From positions 36,769,570 through 36,810,343 of the forward strand of contig NC_068999.1 of assembly GCF_001194135.2 (NCBI RefSeq): a stretch of DNA of 40,774 nucleotides. Direction: 5' to 3'. The notes under the pieces are model-generated. The model worked only from the letters and a program-made list of their open reading frames with translations. It was not told where the DNA came from and did not search any database. Below are positions 1 through 10,788 of the stretch, piece by piece; position 1 is the first letter of the stretch, and each line of letters starts with the position of its first letter. Source of the DNA: Octopus bimaculoides (taxonomy: Eukaryota). The translations under genes and the position numbers were made by a program.

Positions 1-179
1 GGAAGCGGTGGAGGCTGTGGAAGCGGTGATGCTATCTACGCATGGCTTTCATTGCAATGGTGGTGGTGGTGGTGATGGTGATAGTGATGGTGATGGTGAT
101 GGTGAATGTGTTGGCAGTGGTCATGATGATGATGATGAGGGAGAGGAGGGAGAAGAAGAAGAAGAAGAAGAAGAAGAAG

Positions 180-217
<38 letters not shown>

Positions 218-230
218 AAGAGGGGGGGGA
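1..230. repeat. Compound trinucleotide microsatellite (GGT/GAT/GAG/GAA/CAA)
   Basis: Consecutive runs read directly from the sequence; they explain the homopolymeric ORFs here. Confidence 0.95.
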
Positions 231-335
231 GGATGAAGACGATCATCATCATTATCTTGTTATTGTTACCGATATGTCTGTTTCGGTGTGTCACAAGGGC
301 ATTATAGAAATTTGCAACACCCTACAAGCCACATG

Positions 336-420
336 TACGTATATACATACATACATACATACATACATACATACATACATACATGTATACACACACACAC
401 ATATGTGTGCACATATATAC

Positions 421-473
<53 letters not shown>

Positions 474-885
474 TATATATATATACACACACATACATGG
501 TTAGTACAGGATACACACACATACATGCGTACATAAATAAATATATACAATTATATACATATGTGTATACAGATATGTATTATGTATGTATATATATATN
601 NNNNNNNNNNNNNNNNNNNNNNNNNNNNNNNNNNNNNNNNNNNNNNNNNNNNNNNNNNNNNNNNNNNNNNNNNNNNNNNNNNNNNNNNNNNNNNNNNNNT
701 ATTTTCAACGGATCAGTTTTGAGCTCTATTTAAAGTTGGTATATATATATATGCGTATGTATATATACAGACATACATATAAATTAAACACATACACATG
801 TGTAAGTATGGCTATATGTACACAATACATATATGTAAATACCTACATTTACACACACACATGCACAGACAGACAGACAGACATG

Positions 886-935
<50 letters not shown>

Positions 936-936
936 T

Positions 937-969
<33 letters not shown>

Positions 970-1158
970 CAGATAGATAGATAGATAGACACGCGCACAC
1001 ACACATACACACACGCACACAGACACACGCGCACACACATACACACACGCACGCATGCGCACGCATGCGCACGCATGCGCACACATGCACGCACACACAC
1101 AGATATATATATATAGATATAGATAGATAGATAGAAAGAAAGAAAGAGAGAAAGAAAT

Positions 1159-1212
<54 letters not shown>
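336..1212. repeat. Microsatellite field: (TACA)n, (TA)n, (CA)n, (GATA)n; N-gap 600-699
   Basis: Direct reading. Confidence 0.95.
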
Positions 1213-1510
1213 CACAGTTTGTAAAATTATGTTCAGATGATATATTTAGTTGATCAAATTCTAACATAGCTAGATTTTCACATTTTATTTTTTGTTTTTG
1301 TATTTTCACACGAACTTCCATGTTCTTTTATAACAGACTCCAAATATGTTTGCATCGCAATAGTAACTATATCTCGTTGAATATTTAAATAGCAAAAGAA
1401 AGTGTAACAAGGTGGTACTGTGTTGTTATAGGGGAAGAATTTATAAAATGTTTTCAGTATTACAACAGCTTCTGAGCAAATGTTATTTGTTAATCAAATT
1501 AAAATTAATA

Positions 1511-3060
1511 CTATTTTGTATTCAGGATTAGTATGAGCCGCTCAATAAAATTATTTTCTATTTCTGTTCTTTTCACTTTAAGTCATAAAGTTTATAAAAC
1601 GGAAATATTAAATGACTTTTATTACGCCTTGTCTCCAAATGACATCTTAGTGGCATCTTTCTTAGTGGCATTAGTGTTTCTAGTTTGCTGCGTTCTGATA
1701 ATTTCATGTTTACCAATATATAGTTCTTCGCAATTCCGGAATTTAATACAATAAATATGATTTCTGCTTTTACAATTCATATTTGTATTTGTACTGATAT
1801 TTCACTTCCAGTCTTTCTGTTGATAAAATGACCAGTATTTATAAATTGACATGTATTACAATGATTTCCAGTGAAGTAAGATGCTGTGAAGTTTTTATTG
1901 TAGTTTTTGTAAACCAAATTTTGTCTTTGTCAACAATTATTTCAAGTCTCTTCGTTTGTTGTTTTACTTTGCATTCATTTGGTAATTAAATCCGTTAATT
2001 TACCACTTTGTCTGATGATAAGCAAGTTTGATTTGATGTCATGAAAATATTCTGATTACGTGGATTCTATGTCCCAACAGAAGGTACTTTATCTTGTTCT
2101 TATGTTCCTCTTTCTTGAGTTGCTTGAAGTTATTCTATGGGCATTCCTTTTGCACGTTCTATATTATTTTTCATTAGTAAGGTTGATTATTATTGCTTAA
2201 GTGGGAATCTGTTGTGTTCAGCAAGCCGTTCGTCTCTGACAATAGCAAAAATGTTTTGCACGTTATGTTTTGTACGATTTCGATGACATGATTTAAAGCT
2301 GGGATACTAGTGAGTGCCCATGATTTATAAAAAACATTCATTCACTATTATCTTTAGAAATGGCAATTTTGTAGTGCTCATATCCTTTGTAAATTTTCGA
2401 GTTTGGTGTAAATTGCTCAGGAAAACATTGATTTTTTTTTTAAGTGTCTACAGAAAACAGGCATCAAGAAATCTTTCCTTTGATTCTCTATATATCGTCT
2501 AAAATCCGTGCCATAATTTTCATTTTTTTTTTTTTTTACTGTACAGTTACTGTTTCAAGTCTCCCATTACTGAGTTTGCATATATTGGAGTAAACACGAT
2601 ACCCATGGTTGTGCCTTTAATTTGTAGACACTTTTGCTCGGAGAGAAAGAATATATTCTAAACAATAAAACTGACAACGTCTAACATAAAGTCCATAGTA
2701 AAAGTCTATTGAGAATCGTCTCTATGTTTTTCGATCCAGTATTTCATTGTTAATGTTCCTAAATTATTAGAGACATTTGTTTAGAGGTTTACAGGTTTAC
2801 CTCATAAAAAATTAACCGCCAACGAATTCAGTTCTGTTGTTTTAGGCAAAAGAGACAGAAAATCAATGACATCCCGAATGAAATTCCATATTTCAACTTT
2901 CAGATAATCTACAAATATTTTATTATTATCAAAAAAGATGTAAAAAGTAAACTAGCCATCTGATTGACTATCGAATTTCACAGAGTGACACCATATAATG
3001 TATGAAATGTATACTCAAAAGTTAGGAAATTTACAAATATATGAATGAAAAACTGATTGT
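1511..3060 (-). mobile_element. Decayed Penelope-like retroelement (RT + GIY-YIG endonuclease), many stops and frameshifts
   Basis: Manual minus-strand translation gives IRDVIDFLSLLPK (~2880-2840), KYWIEKH, CLQIKGTTMGIVFTPIYANSVMG (RT motif B, ~2630-2565), RFLDACF (YxDD-equivalent, ~2475-2455), KFTKDMSTTKLPFL, TH*YPSFKSCH, NPRNQNIF, MNCKSRNHIYCIKFRNCEELYIG (GIY-YIG, ~1780-1712) and KRTEIENNFIERLILILNTK* with the stop at 1511-1513. Confidence 0.9.
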
Positions 3061-3103
3061 ACAATGATTCTGGTACATGAACTGTGTTATTGTATGGAAA
3101 TAT

Positions 3104-3318
3104 GCTTTTCTACTCTAGGCACATGGCCCGAAATTTGGGGGGAGGGGGATAGTCGATTACATCGACCCCAGTACGCAACTGGTACTTAGTCTATCGACCC
3201 CGAAAGGATGAAAGGCAAAGTCGACCTTGGCTGAATTTGAACTCAGAACATAAAGACAGACGAAATATCGCTAAGCATTTCGCCCGGCGTGCTAACGTTT
3301 CTGCCAGCTCGCCGCCTT
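3104..3318 (-). mobile_element. tRNA-derived SINE, family A, near full length
   Basis: Minus strand begins AGGCGGCGAGCTGGCAGAAACG with a B-box-like GAGTTCAAATTC; at least 10 similar copies in the window. Confidence 0.9.
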
Positions 3319-3544
3319 GTATGGAAGAATGTATGTGTATTTGTGTATGAATGCGTATCTATATGAACTATGAAATAACAGTAATTGTGTTGGCTCCTAT
3401 CCCATACTTGTAATTTAGGAGTGAGTGACTTACAAATCAGAAAATGGGTTGGGGTTTTTTATGTAGAGCCTGTTTAATCTAATAAATCAATCCATGTGAG
3501 ACATTTACTCTGTGAGATGTATATCCACAATAACCAAGACCTTC

Positions 3545-4255
3545 TTTTTTCTTTATCGAGGTAACATCCAGTCAGGTTTATTGCCCGGGCCAGCCTGACT
3601 AGCTCTCTCTATTCTTCTCGATCTTCCATAAGTGTTTTTAGGTGTTCAACTTGGCTTCCAACATCTTCTGCAAGTTGTATATACATCTTCCGTGGTCTTC
3701 CAGCCGCTGTGGTACCATGATTTGGTGTCCACAGCAACACATTACTCACAAGTTCTTCTTTACTTCTCCAGCAGTGGCTAGCAAACCTCAATCTCCGCTC
3801 ATGGACGGTTGATGAGAGAATTGGTACATTCCCACATAACCGTTGTTTTGTTGGGTGCACCCTCCATGAAATGTTGAGCACTGCACGTAACATTCTGGTG
3901 TAGGCACCGTCCTGCATGCACCTGAGTCTCTTGGTGAGAGTCCAAGTCGGAGATCCATATACAAGCACAGATTCAACAACTGCTCTGAAGAACTGTCTCT
4001 TCAATAAATCTGGGAGGGTTGACTTTCATATTGTTCTAAGACCGTCTATAGTTTCCCAAGCCTTAACAGCGCGAGATTTGATATCTTTTTCAGTGAACAT
4101 GATATTGCTGCCTAGGTAAGTAAACTCGTTGACATTTTTCAAGGGCTTCTGTTTGATGGTCCTGATTTCACCTACTGTGATCAGGGTGATAAACTCTATC
4201 TTCTTTTCATTCACATATAGTGCTATGTTAGCGGTAGCATTTTCCAGAATACTAT
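3545..4255 (-). mobile_element. 5'-truncated RTE-type LINE, C-terminal RT/thumb region, frameshifted
   Basis: ORFs 4026-4214 (VNEKK..KNVNEFTYLGS..DIKSR..KAW) and 3609-4004 (FFRAVVESVLVYGSPTWTL..YTRMLRAVLNISW..RRLRFASHCWR..LLWTP..GRPR) resemble the RTE ORF C-terminus. Confidence 0.85.
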
Positions 4256-4563
4256 TCTTTTAGTATTTCTAATGGACGAAGAGTTATTCGTGTATAGTAT
4301 GTTGTTCCTGGTAAATTAGAGAGAAGAAAAGGGGAGGAGGAGAAAAGCTGGAAGAGGCGGAGGAGGTGGTGGAGAAGTGTGGGAGAAAACGAAAATTGGT
4401 GAAGGAAGAGAGAGAGAGATGAGGAGGAAGAGAAAGACGAGGAGGAACTGAGAAGAACGAGGAGAAAATAAGAGAGGGACGAGGAGGATGGGGAGAAAGC
4501 GAGAAGATGAGAGAAGAGAGATAGGAGGAGATAGGAGATAGGAAGAGGAAGATAGAGGAACGA

Positions 4564-4907
4564 TGAGGAAATAGAGAGGGAGGAGGAAATAGAGAGGGAG
4601 GAGGAAATAGAGAGGGAGGAGGTAATAGAGAGGGAAGAGGAAATATAGAGGGAGGAGGAAATAGAGAGGGAGGAGAAAATTGAGAGGGAGGANNNNNNNN
4701 NNNNNNNNNNNNNNNNNNNNNNNNNNNNNNNNNNNNNNNNNNNNNNNNNNNNNNNNNNNNNNNNNNNNNNNNNNNNNNTGAGGAAATAGAGAGGGAGGAG
4801 GAAATAGAGAGGGAGGAGGAAATAGAGAGGGAGGAGGTAATAGAGAGGGAAGAGGAAATATAGAGGGAGGAGGAAATAGAGAGGGAGGAGAAAATTGAGA
4901 GGGAGGA
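4564..4907. repeat. 18-bp minisatellite GAGGAAATAGAGAGGGAG in a purine-rich tract (4320-4990)
   Basis: Seven units on each side of the N-gap 4693-4778. Confidence 0.95.
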
Positions 4908-5332
4908 AGACGGAGGAACAAGGAAGATGAGGAGTGGGAAGAGAAGTAGAGAGGATGAGGAGAAGAGGGCGGAAGAAGGGAGGTAGAAAGAGTGGGAGGT
5001 GTTTTTTTTTGTGTCGTGCTAATATCTTTTTCGCTAGAAATTGTTATATGTCTGTTTTCCTTTCCCCGCCATTGTAGTAAATGCCTAAATTCGCTTTTAA
5101 TGTAGTTTCTCTTTGTTCATTCATTTAAAGACTTCAGTGAGGTCAGCGGAAGAAGCCTTGCAGCTGTCGTCGTTGTGGTCGTCATTATTGTTATTGTTGT
5201 TGTTGTTCTTCTTCTTCTCCTTCTTCTTCTCCTTCTACTTCTTCTTCTCTATGGAAACTTTTGATCAACAGCGTTCCAGCTATGCCCGTCCCTTCTTTAT
5301 TTTTATCGGACTTTATGAATATAGAATTTATT

Positions 5333-5466
5333 CAGTTCTATATTAAAGAGATGAGGAATTATGTACATTATTTAACCACAACGCCATATGAACGTGGGCA
5401 TATGGCGTAGTGGTTAAGAGCGCGGTCTACTAACCCCAAGATTCCAAGTTCGATTCCAGGCAGTGA

Positions 5467-5505
<39 letters not shown>

Positions 5506-5655
5506 TATCGAAAAATACCTTAGGAATAGGAACCCAGGTTCGAAATTTCCCCCAAGACGTCTGATGAAGGCTGCAGAGTATATCAGCCGAAACGTTGTGT
5601 TAACAACAAACAAGATGAGGACAAATAGCCGTCAAATGTAAATAATGTAAATAAA
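5333..5655 (+). mobile_element. tRNA-headed SINE-like element with (AAT)11 linker and hammerhead-containing 3' part; inverted terminal segment; 12-bp TSD
   Basis: A-box TGGCGTAGTGG 5403-5413; B-box AGTTCGATTCC 5447-5457; (AAT)n 5471-5503; direct repeat ATAGAATTTATT at 5321-5332 and 5656-5667. Confidence 0.8.
5556..5601 (+). ncRNA. Minimal type-I hammerhead ribozyme motif (PLE-type, palindromic stem III)
   Basis: CTGATGA 5561-5567, extra A, stem II GGCTG 5569-5573/CAGCC 5584-5588, GAAA 5589-5592, then C-GTT with the cleavage triplet GUU at 5594-5596; stem I GACGT 5556-5560/GTGTT 5597-5601 has three G.U pairs. Confidence 0.7.
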
Positions 5656-5693
5656 ATAGAATTTATTATAAACTACATCTGCACACCACCTCC

Positions 5694-5726
<33 letters not shown>

Positions 5727-5989
5727 TATTTCGTCTGTTTCCTTTATATTTACAATAATAATTCTTGTTCCTCTGAACTAGCAGTCTCCCACCATCATGA
5801 TCTTCATTACCATTTCTCAAAGCAGCTATTTCTCGTACGACGACATCGGAATGTTCGAATTCTTTGTCGCAGCCTGTTGAGAGTTTCCTCTTGTGTTGGA
5901 GTTGCTTACGCCGAGTTATTTCATTAACAAGTGTATATTAATGTGCATTGGCTGCGTTTTGACTGCATATTAACTACAAAGCCGCATAT

Positions 5990-6189
5990 TGCTTTCAAGT
6001 TTTGGCACAAGGTTAGCATTTTCGGGGAAGGGATAGGTCGATTTGATCGATCACAGTGCTATACTGATATATATTTTATTGACCCTGAAAGTCGACCTCA
6101 GCGGAATTTGAACTCAGAAAGTAAAGACGGGCGAAATGCTGCTAAATATTTTACCCTGAGTGCCAACGATTCTGCCAGCTCGCCGCCTT
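5990..6189 (-). mobile_element. SINE family A copy
   Basis: Similar to 3104-3318 (GGAATTTGAACTCAGAA...CTGCCAGCTCGCCGCCTTA). Confidence 0.9.
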
Positions 6190-6697
6190 ACATAACTATA
6201 TATAAGCTACATGTTACATGGGTATTGACAGTTTATAAGGTTGTCTACTGTCTGCGTAATAGCTGTGTACTTTCCCTGTGAATTCTCTGTGTATTAGCTG
6301 TGCAATGTTCATCAAGGTGTATAAATCTGGTTTTTGTTTTCTTAAAATATGTAGGACCTGTTTTAGTGTTGTTGACTGAGATCAAATTTAATCTGAATAT
6401 GAAGAATGGCTGGCGTGTTTGGTCGTTAAATATAGAATTAATTAGAATCCGTAATGTTTGATTAATGGCGTTAATTAGCAATAATGCCTCTCGTTTTTTT
6501 TACGAAGTAATTACTTGAGGCTATGAAACTGTCATAAATTTCTCAGTAGTATTAGATTCTTTAAAAAGCTTTGAACGGGAAAAGTGTAGCCTAAGGGTTG
6601 GAAAATTACAACTTACAGATTGTAAAACAACATCAAAGAGGCTTTCTTTTCATTGTGGTAAAGGTGCTTCTATCATGTTTTCAAAAAAAACTTCTTC

Positions 6698-6792
6698 CAG
6701 GTGTGGCAAGAAGTTTGCTTCCTAACCACATGGTTTCGGGTTCAGTCCCACTGCGTGATACCTTTGGTGAGTGTCTTTTACTGTAGCCCATC

Positions 6793-6852
<60 letters not shown>

Positions 6853-7110
6853 TGTATGTATGTATGTATATATATATATGTATGTATGCGTGTGTGTGTT
6901 TGTGTATGTCCCCCCCCCACACATACTTGACAACTGGTGTTGGTATGTTTATGTCCTCGTACCATTAACTATTCGGCAAAAGCGACCGATAGAATAAGTA
7001 CCAGGCTCTAAGAAAAATAAGTACACGGTTCGATCTGTACTTCGACTAAAAATTCTCCAAGGCATTGCCCCCAGCATGACCGCAGTCTAATGACTGAAAC
7101 AAGTAATAGA
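6698..7110 (+). mobile_element. SINE family B: tRNA-like head + internal microsatellite + 3' domain
   Basis: Head GTGTGGCAAGAAGTTTGCTTCC..GGGTTCAGTCCCACTGCG; (TG)/(TA)/(TATG) tract 6795-6905; 3' part CGATAGAATAAGTACC..CCCAGCATGACCGCAGTCTAATGACTGAAACAAG, shared with 32258-32655 and 11590-12295. Confidence 0.85.
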
Positions 7111-7504
7111 TAATAGATCTAAATATCTAAATATATTAGTCCTTAACAAACTGTACAGCGGTGTTTCTCAGCCCTTTTGGTTTCATGACCCACTTTGATT
7201 TTCAAATCGTTAAAGAGTCGGACAGAATCGTTAACGAGTCAGACGAGATACCGTATAGCATTTCTTCGAGTCTTTGTGGTCTGAGTTCTTGGGTGGAAGA
7301 CTCAATCTGTCAACTGATTTGGCACCACCACCTAGTACTTGGGAGCGAAATACACCCTGTTGTAACCATTCGACCCTATTCCCCGGCTTGAGCATGACTT
7401 CTTTCCACCGTATTCCTTTCCCTTTCAGAAGTCTTGAAAACCCTGAATAAAAATAAATGGTCATGCGCTCTCTTTCCCATTCGGACCAAACGATGAAAAT
7501 ATTG

Positions 7505-7712
7505 ATTTTAAATTTTGACACGAAGCCAGCAATTTCGAGGGAATGGTTGAGTCGATCAACCCTACTGCTCAACTAGTACTTACTTTATCGATCGCGAAAT
7601 GACGAAAGGCAAAGTTGACCTCGGTGGAATTTGAGCTCAGAACGTAAAGACGGACGAAATGCCGCTAAGCATTTTACCTGGCGTGCTAACGACTCTGCCA
7701 ACTCCTCGCCCC
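7505..7712 (-). mobile_element. SINE family A copy
   Basis: Similar to 3104-3318. Confidence 0.9.
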
Positions 7713-7759
7713 AGTATTAGAATGTCACTGTGCATTACACTTAGTTTCTTCTTTTATCT

Positions 7760-7975
7760 TTTACTTTTTGTACTTGTTTCCGTCTTTGGACTGCAGTCAT
7801 GCTGGAGCATCGCCTTGAAGGGTTTAGTTGAACAAATAGCTTTCAGTTCTTACTTTTGTTTTTAAATCTGGTACGTGCTCTATTGGACTCTTTTGCCGAA
7901 CCACTAAGTTACAGAAACGTAAACAAACCAATACTGGCTGTCAAGCGGGGAGGGACAAACACAAACACATACACA
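7760..7975 (-). mobile_element. SINE family B, 3' domain only
   Basis: CTTGTTTC..GACTGCAGTCATGCTGGAGCATCGCCTTGAAG..CTCTTTTGCCGAACC is the reverse complement of the family B 3' part. Confidence 0.8.
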
Positions 7976-8157
7976 AGCCCAGAATAAGGATAAAGATCTA
8001 TAATCCTTTAAAGGATGTTTGCATCCTAGTTCTCTGGTTTATACCAGTGTTCAATGAAAACTAAATACTTGGTGTATATTGGTATTTAAAATATTTATGA
8101 ATGAGAAAAAGAAGAAAATGGAGAAATTGAAGTGTAGACATCAGTATATTCAAAGAT

Positions 8158-8525
8158 ATTCAAATCAATATAATGTGAAATCTTTATCCCTACACCCGTT
8201 TCCATATCCAATTAATTCAATTAGAGAAATTAAATTAAATTAATTAAAAATTTTCATATTGAAACTGGTTAACTGAATATTTCACCAGGGGAGAATTTTC
8301 AGAAAGGAGTTACATTCCAACGGCTTGGTCGACCCTTGGCAGACTCAGATATGTGCGTTTTGATAATGTATGTATTTAAAAAAAAACGTAATGGGCGTGT
8401 GNNNNNNNNNNNNNNNNNNNNNNNNNNNNNNNNNNNNNNNNNNNNNNNNNNNNNNNNNNNNNNNNNNNNNNNNNNNNNNNNNNNNNNNNNNNNNNNNNNN
8501 NNNNNNNNNNNNNNNNNNNNNNNNN

Positions 8526-8572
<47 letters not shown>

Positions 8573-10203
8573 TTATAAGCAAATATGTATGATATAGTTG
8601 GGCACATGTGTTTGTTATACTTAATAGTTGTTATTGGTGGTGCTGGGGCGGTTAGGTTGAACTAGGTATTAGAGAGAGAGAGAGGGGTGAGAGAGGGTGG
8701 GGCAGAGAGCGCGGTAACATTGATCATGTGATTGTGCATGCGTTTGTTAAAATATGGAAGTCAACAAAAAATATGACGTATCTACTAATTATTTATCATA
8801 TAGTATCGCGTCATCCATATTTGTGTACAATAGTTATGGTCACTACAACTATTAAACAAAAGAAAACTTAAACGTTACCAAATGCAATTGATAAAAAAAA
8901 TTTTTATATAGAAAACTAAAATTACCAAAGCTAGAATCACTATAAACCAATACGTCTACCTCTAACTTAATTTAATAAATTATATTATAAAATATCAACT
9001 ACATACTCATTACAAACGTGCTTAATTGAATTTATAGCAAATCACAATGATACTATCACCTGTGTAGGAAACTTAATATGCATCTTTACCATTTAATATT
9101 TTTATATCACTATTATATCTACTAAGCATTCTTTAATGCTTATTTTTACAGATGCTAGTGTAACAAAAAAGTGAATTATCAACAGATTCAAATTTCAAGT
9201 AGTTTTAACATATAATTAGTTATTTATAATAATATTATAGCTGATGGTAGTTTTTTGAATACCCATAAACATACGTGAATACATGGAAAATCAGTTACCT
9301 TTCTCGTATATAAGATAAAGTATTAATATTTTAAAATTAATATTTAATATAATATTTAATATATATATGATATCTACTAAGAATTTTTTATTCTGTAAAG
9401 TTATAGATGTACTAAACATGAAATACCGACCTATTCAAAGTACTAGTAGCTTTAATATATAATTGATATAGTTATGATAATAAAATCTCTAATGGTAGTT
9501 TTTGAGAGACCATTTACATGCGTGAACACATGAAAAACCAGTCTCAATTTTCAATATTAATATTAAAATATTAATACTTTATCTTATATACGCGGGAGGT
9601 AACTGATTTTTCATATATTCACGTATGTTTATGGGTATTCAAAAAACTACCACCAGATATAATATTATTATTATAAATAAATAATTATATGTTAAAACTA
9701 CTTGAAATTTGAATCTGTTGATAATTCACTTTTTTGTTACACTAGCATCTGTAAAAATAAGCATTAAAGAATGCTTAGTAGATATAATAGTGATATAAAA
9801 ATATTAAATGGTAAAGATGCATATTAAGTTTCCTACACAGGTGATAGTATCATTGTAATTTGCTATAAATTCAATTAAGCACGTTTGTAATGAGTATGTA
9901 GTTGATATTTTATAATATAATTTATCAAATTAAGTTAGAGGTAAACCTATTGATATATATAGTGATTGTACCTTCAGTAATTTTAGTTTTCTATATAAAA
10001 AAACATTTTATCAATTGCATTTGGTAACGTTTAAGTTTTTTTTTTTGTTTACATAGTTGTAGTGACCATAACTATTGTACACAAATATGGATGACGCGAT
10101 ACTGTAGTATAATAAATATTTAGCAGTTTTTGATACGTCATATTTTTTGTTGACTTCTATATTTTAACAAACGCACGTGCAATTACACGATGAATGTTAA
10201 CGC

Positions 10204-10249
<46 letters not shown>

Positions 10250-10436
10250 GCTCTTCCTCTTTCAGTCTCTCTATCTCTCTCTCTCTCTCTCTCTCTATCT
10301 CTATCTCTATCTATGTCTCTCTCTCTCTTTCTCTAATACCTAGTTCATCCTAACTGTAACAGCACCATCAATAACAACGATTAAGTATAACAAACGCACG
10401 CGCGCAGCTATATCATACATATTTGCTTATAAGTGT

Positions 10437-10470
<34 letters not shown>

Positions 10471-10702
10471 TCAAAACGTTTTTTTTTAATATATACATTA
10501 CCGAAACGCACACATCTGAGTCTGTCAATAGTCGACTGACACGCTGGAATGTAACTCCTTTCTGGAAATTCTCCCCTGATGAAATACTCAATTAACCCGT
10601 TTCAATATGAAGATTTCAAATTAATTTAATTTAATTTCGTTAATTTAATCAATTGGATATGGAAACGGGTGTAGGGATAAACATTTCATATGTTGATTTG
10701 AA

Positions 10703-10703
<1 letters not shown>
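8158..10703. repeat. Giant imperfect palindrome / foldback-like element: arms ~8158-9344 and ~9553-10703, spacer ~208 bp
   Basis: Arms are reverse complements, e.g. TTTATCCCTACACCCGTTTCCATATCCAATT (~8183) versus AATTGGATATGGAAACGGGTGTAGGGATAAA (~10651); 9061-9180 versus 9721-9840 showed no differences by eye. No ORF. Confidence 0.95.

Positions 10704-10705
<2 letters not shown>

Positions 10706-10786
<81 letters not shown>
10706..10786. repeat. (TG)n microsatellite abutting the palindrome
   Basis: Direct reading. Confidence 0.95.

Positions 10787-10788
<2 letters not shown>

Noticed and set aside
5396-5470. tRNA gene
   Set aside because: A and B boxes are present but I could not form a convincing acceptor stem or cloverleaf, and the sequence continues into a repeat body; treated as a SINE head.
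7156-7446. hAT-like TIR pair (GTGTTTCTCAGCC ... TTGAAAACCCTG)
   Set aside because: The ends match poorly and there is no 8-bp TSD.
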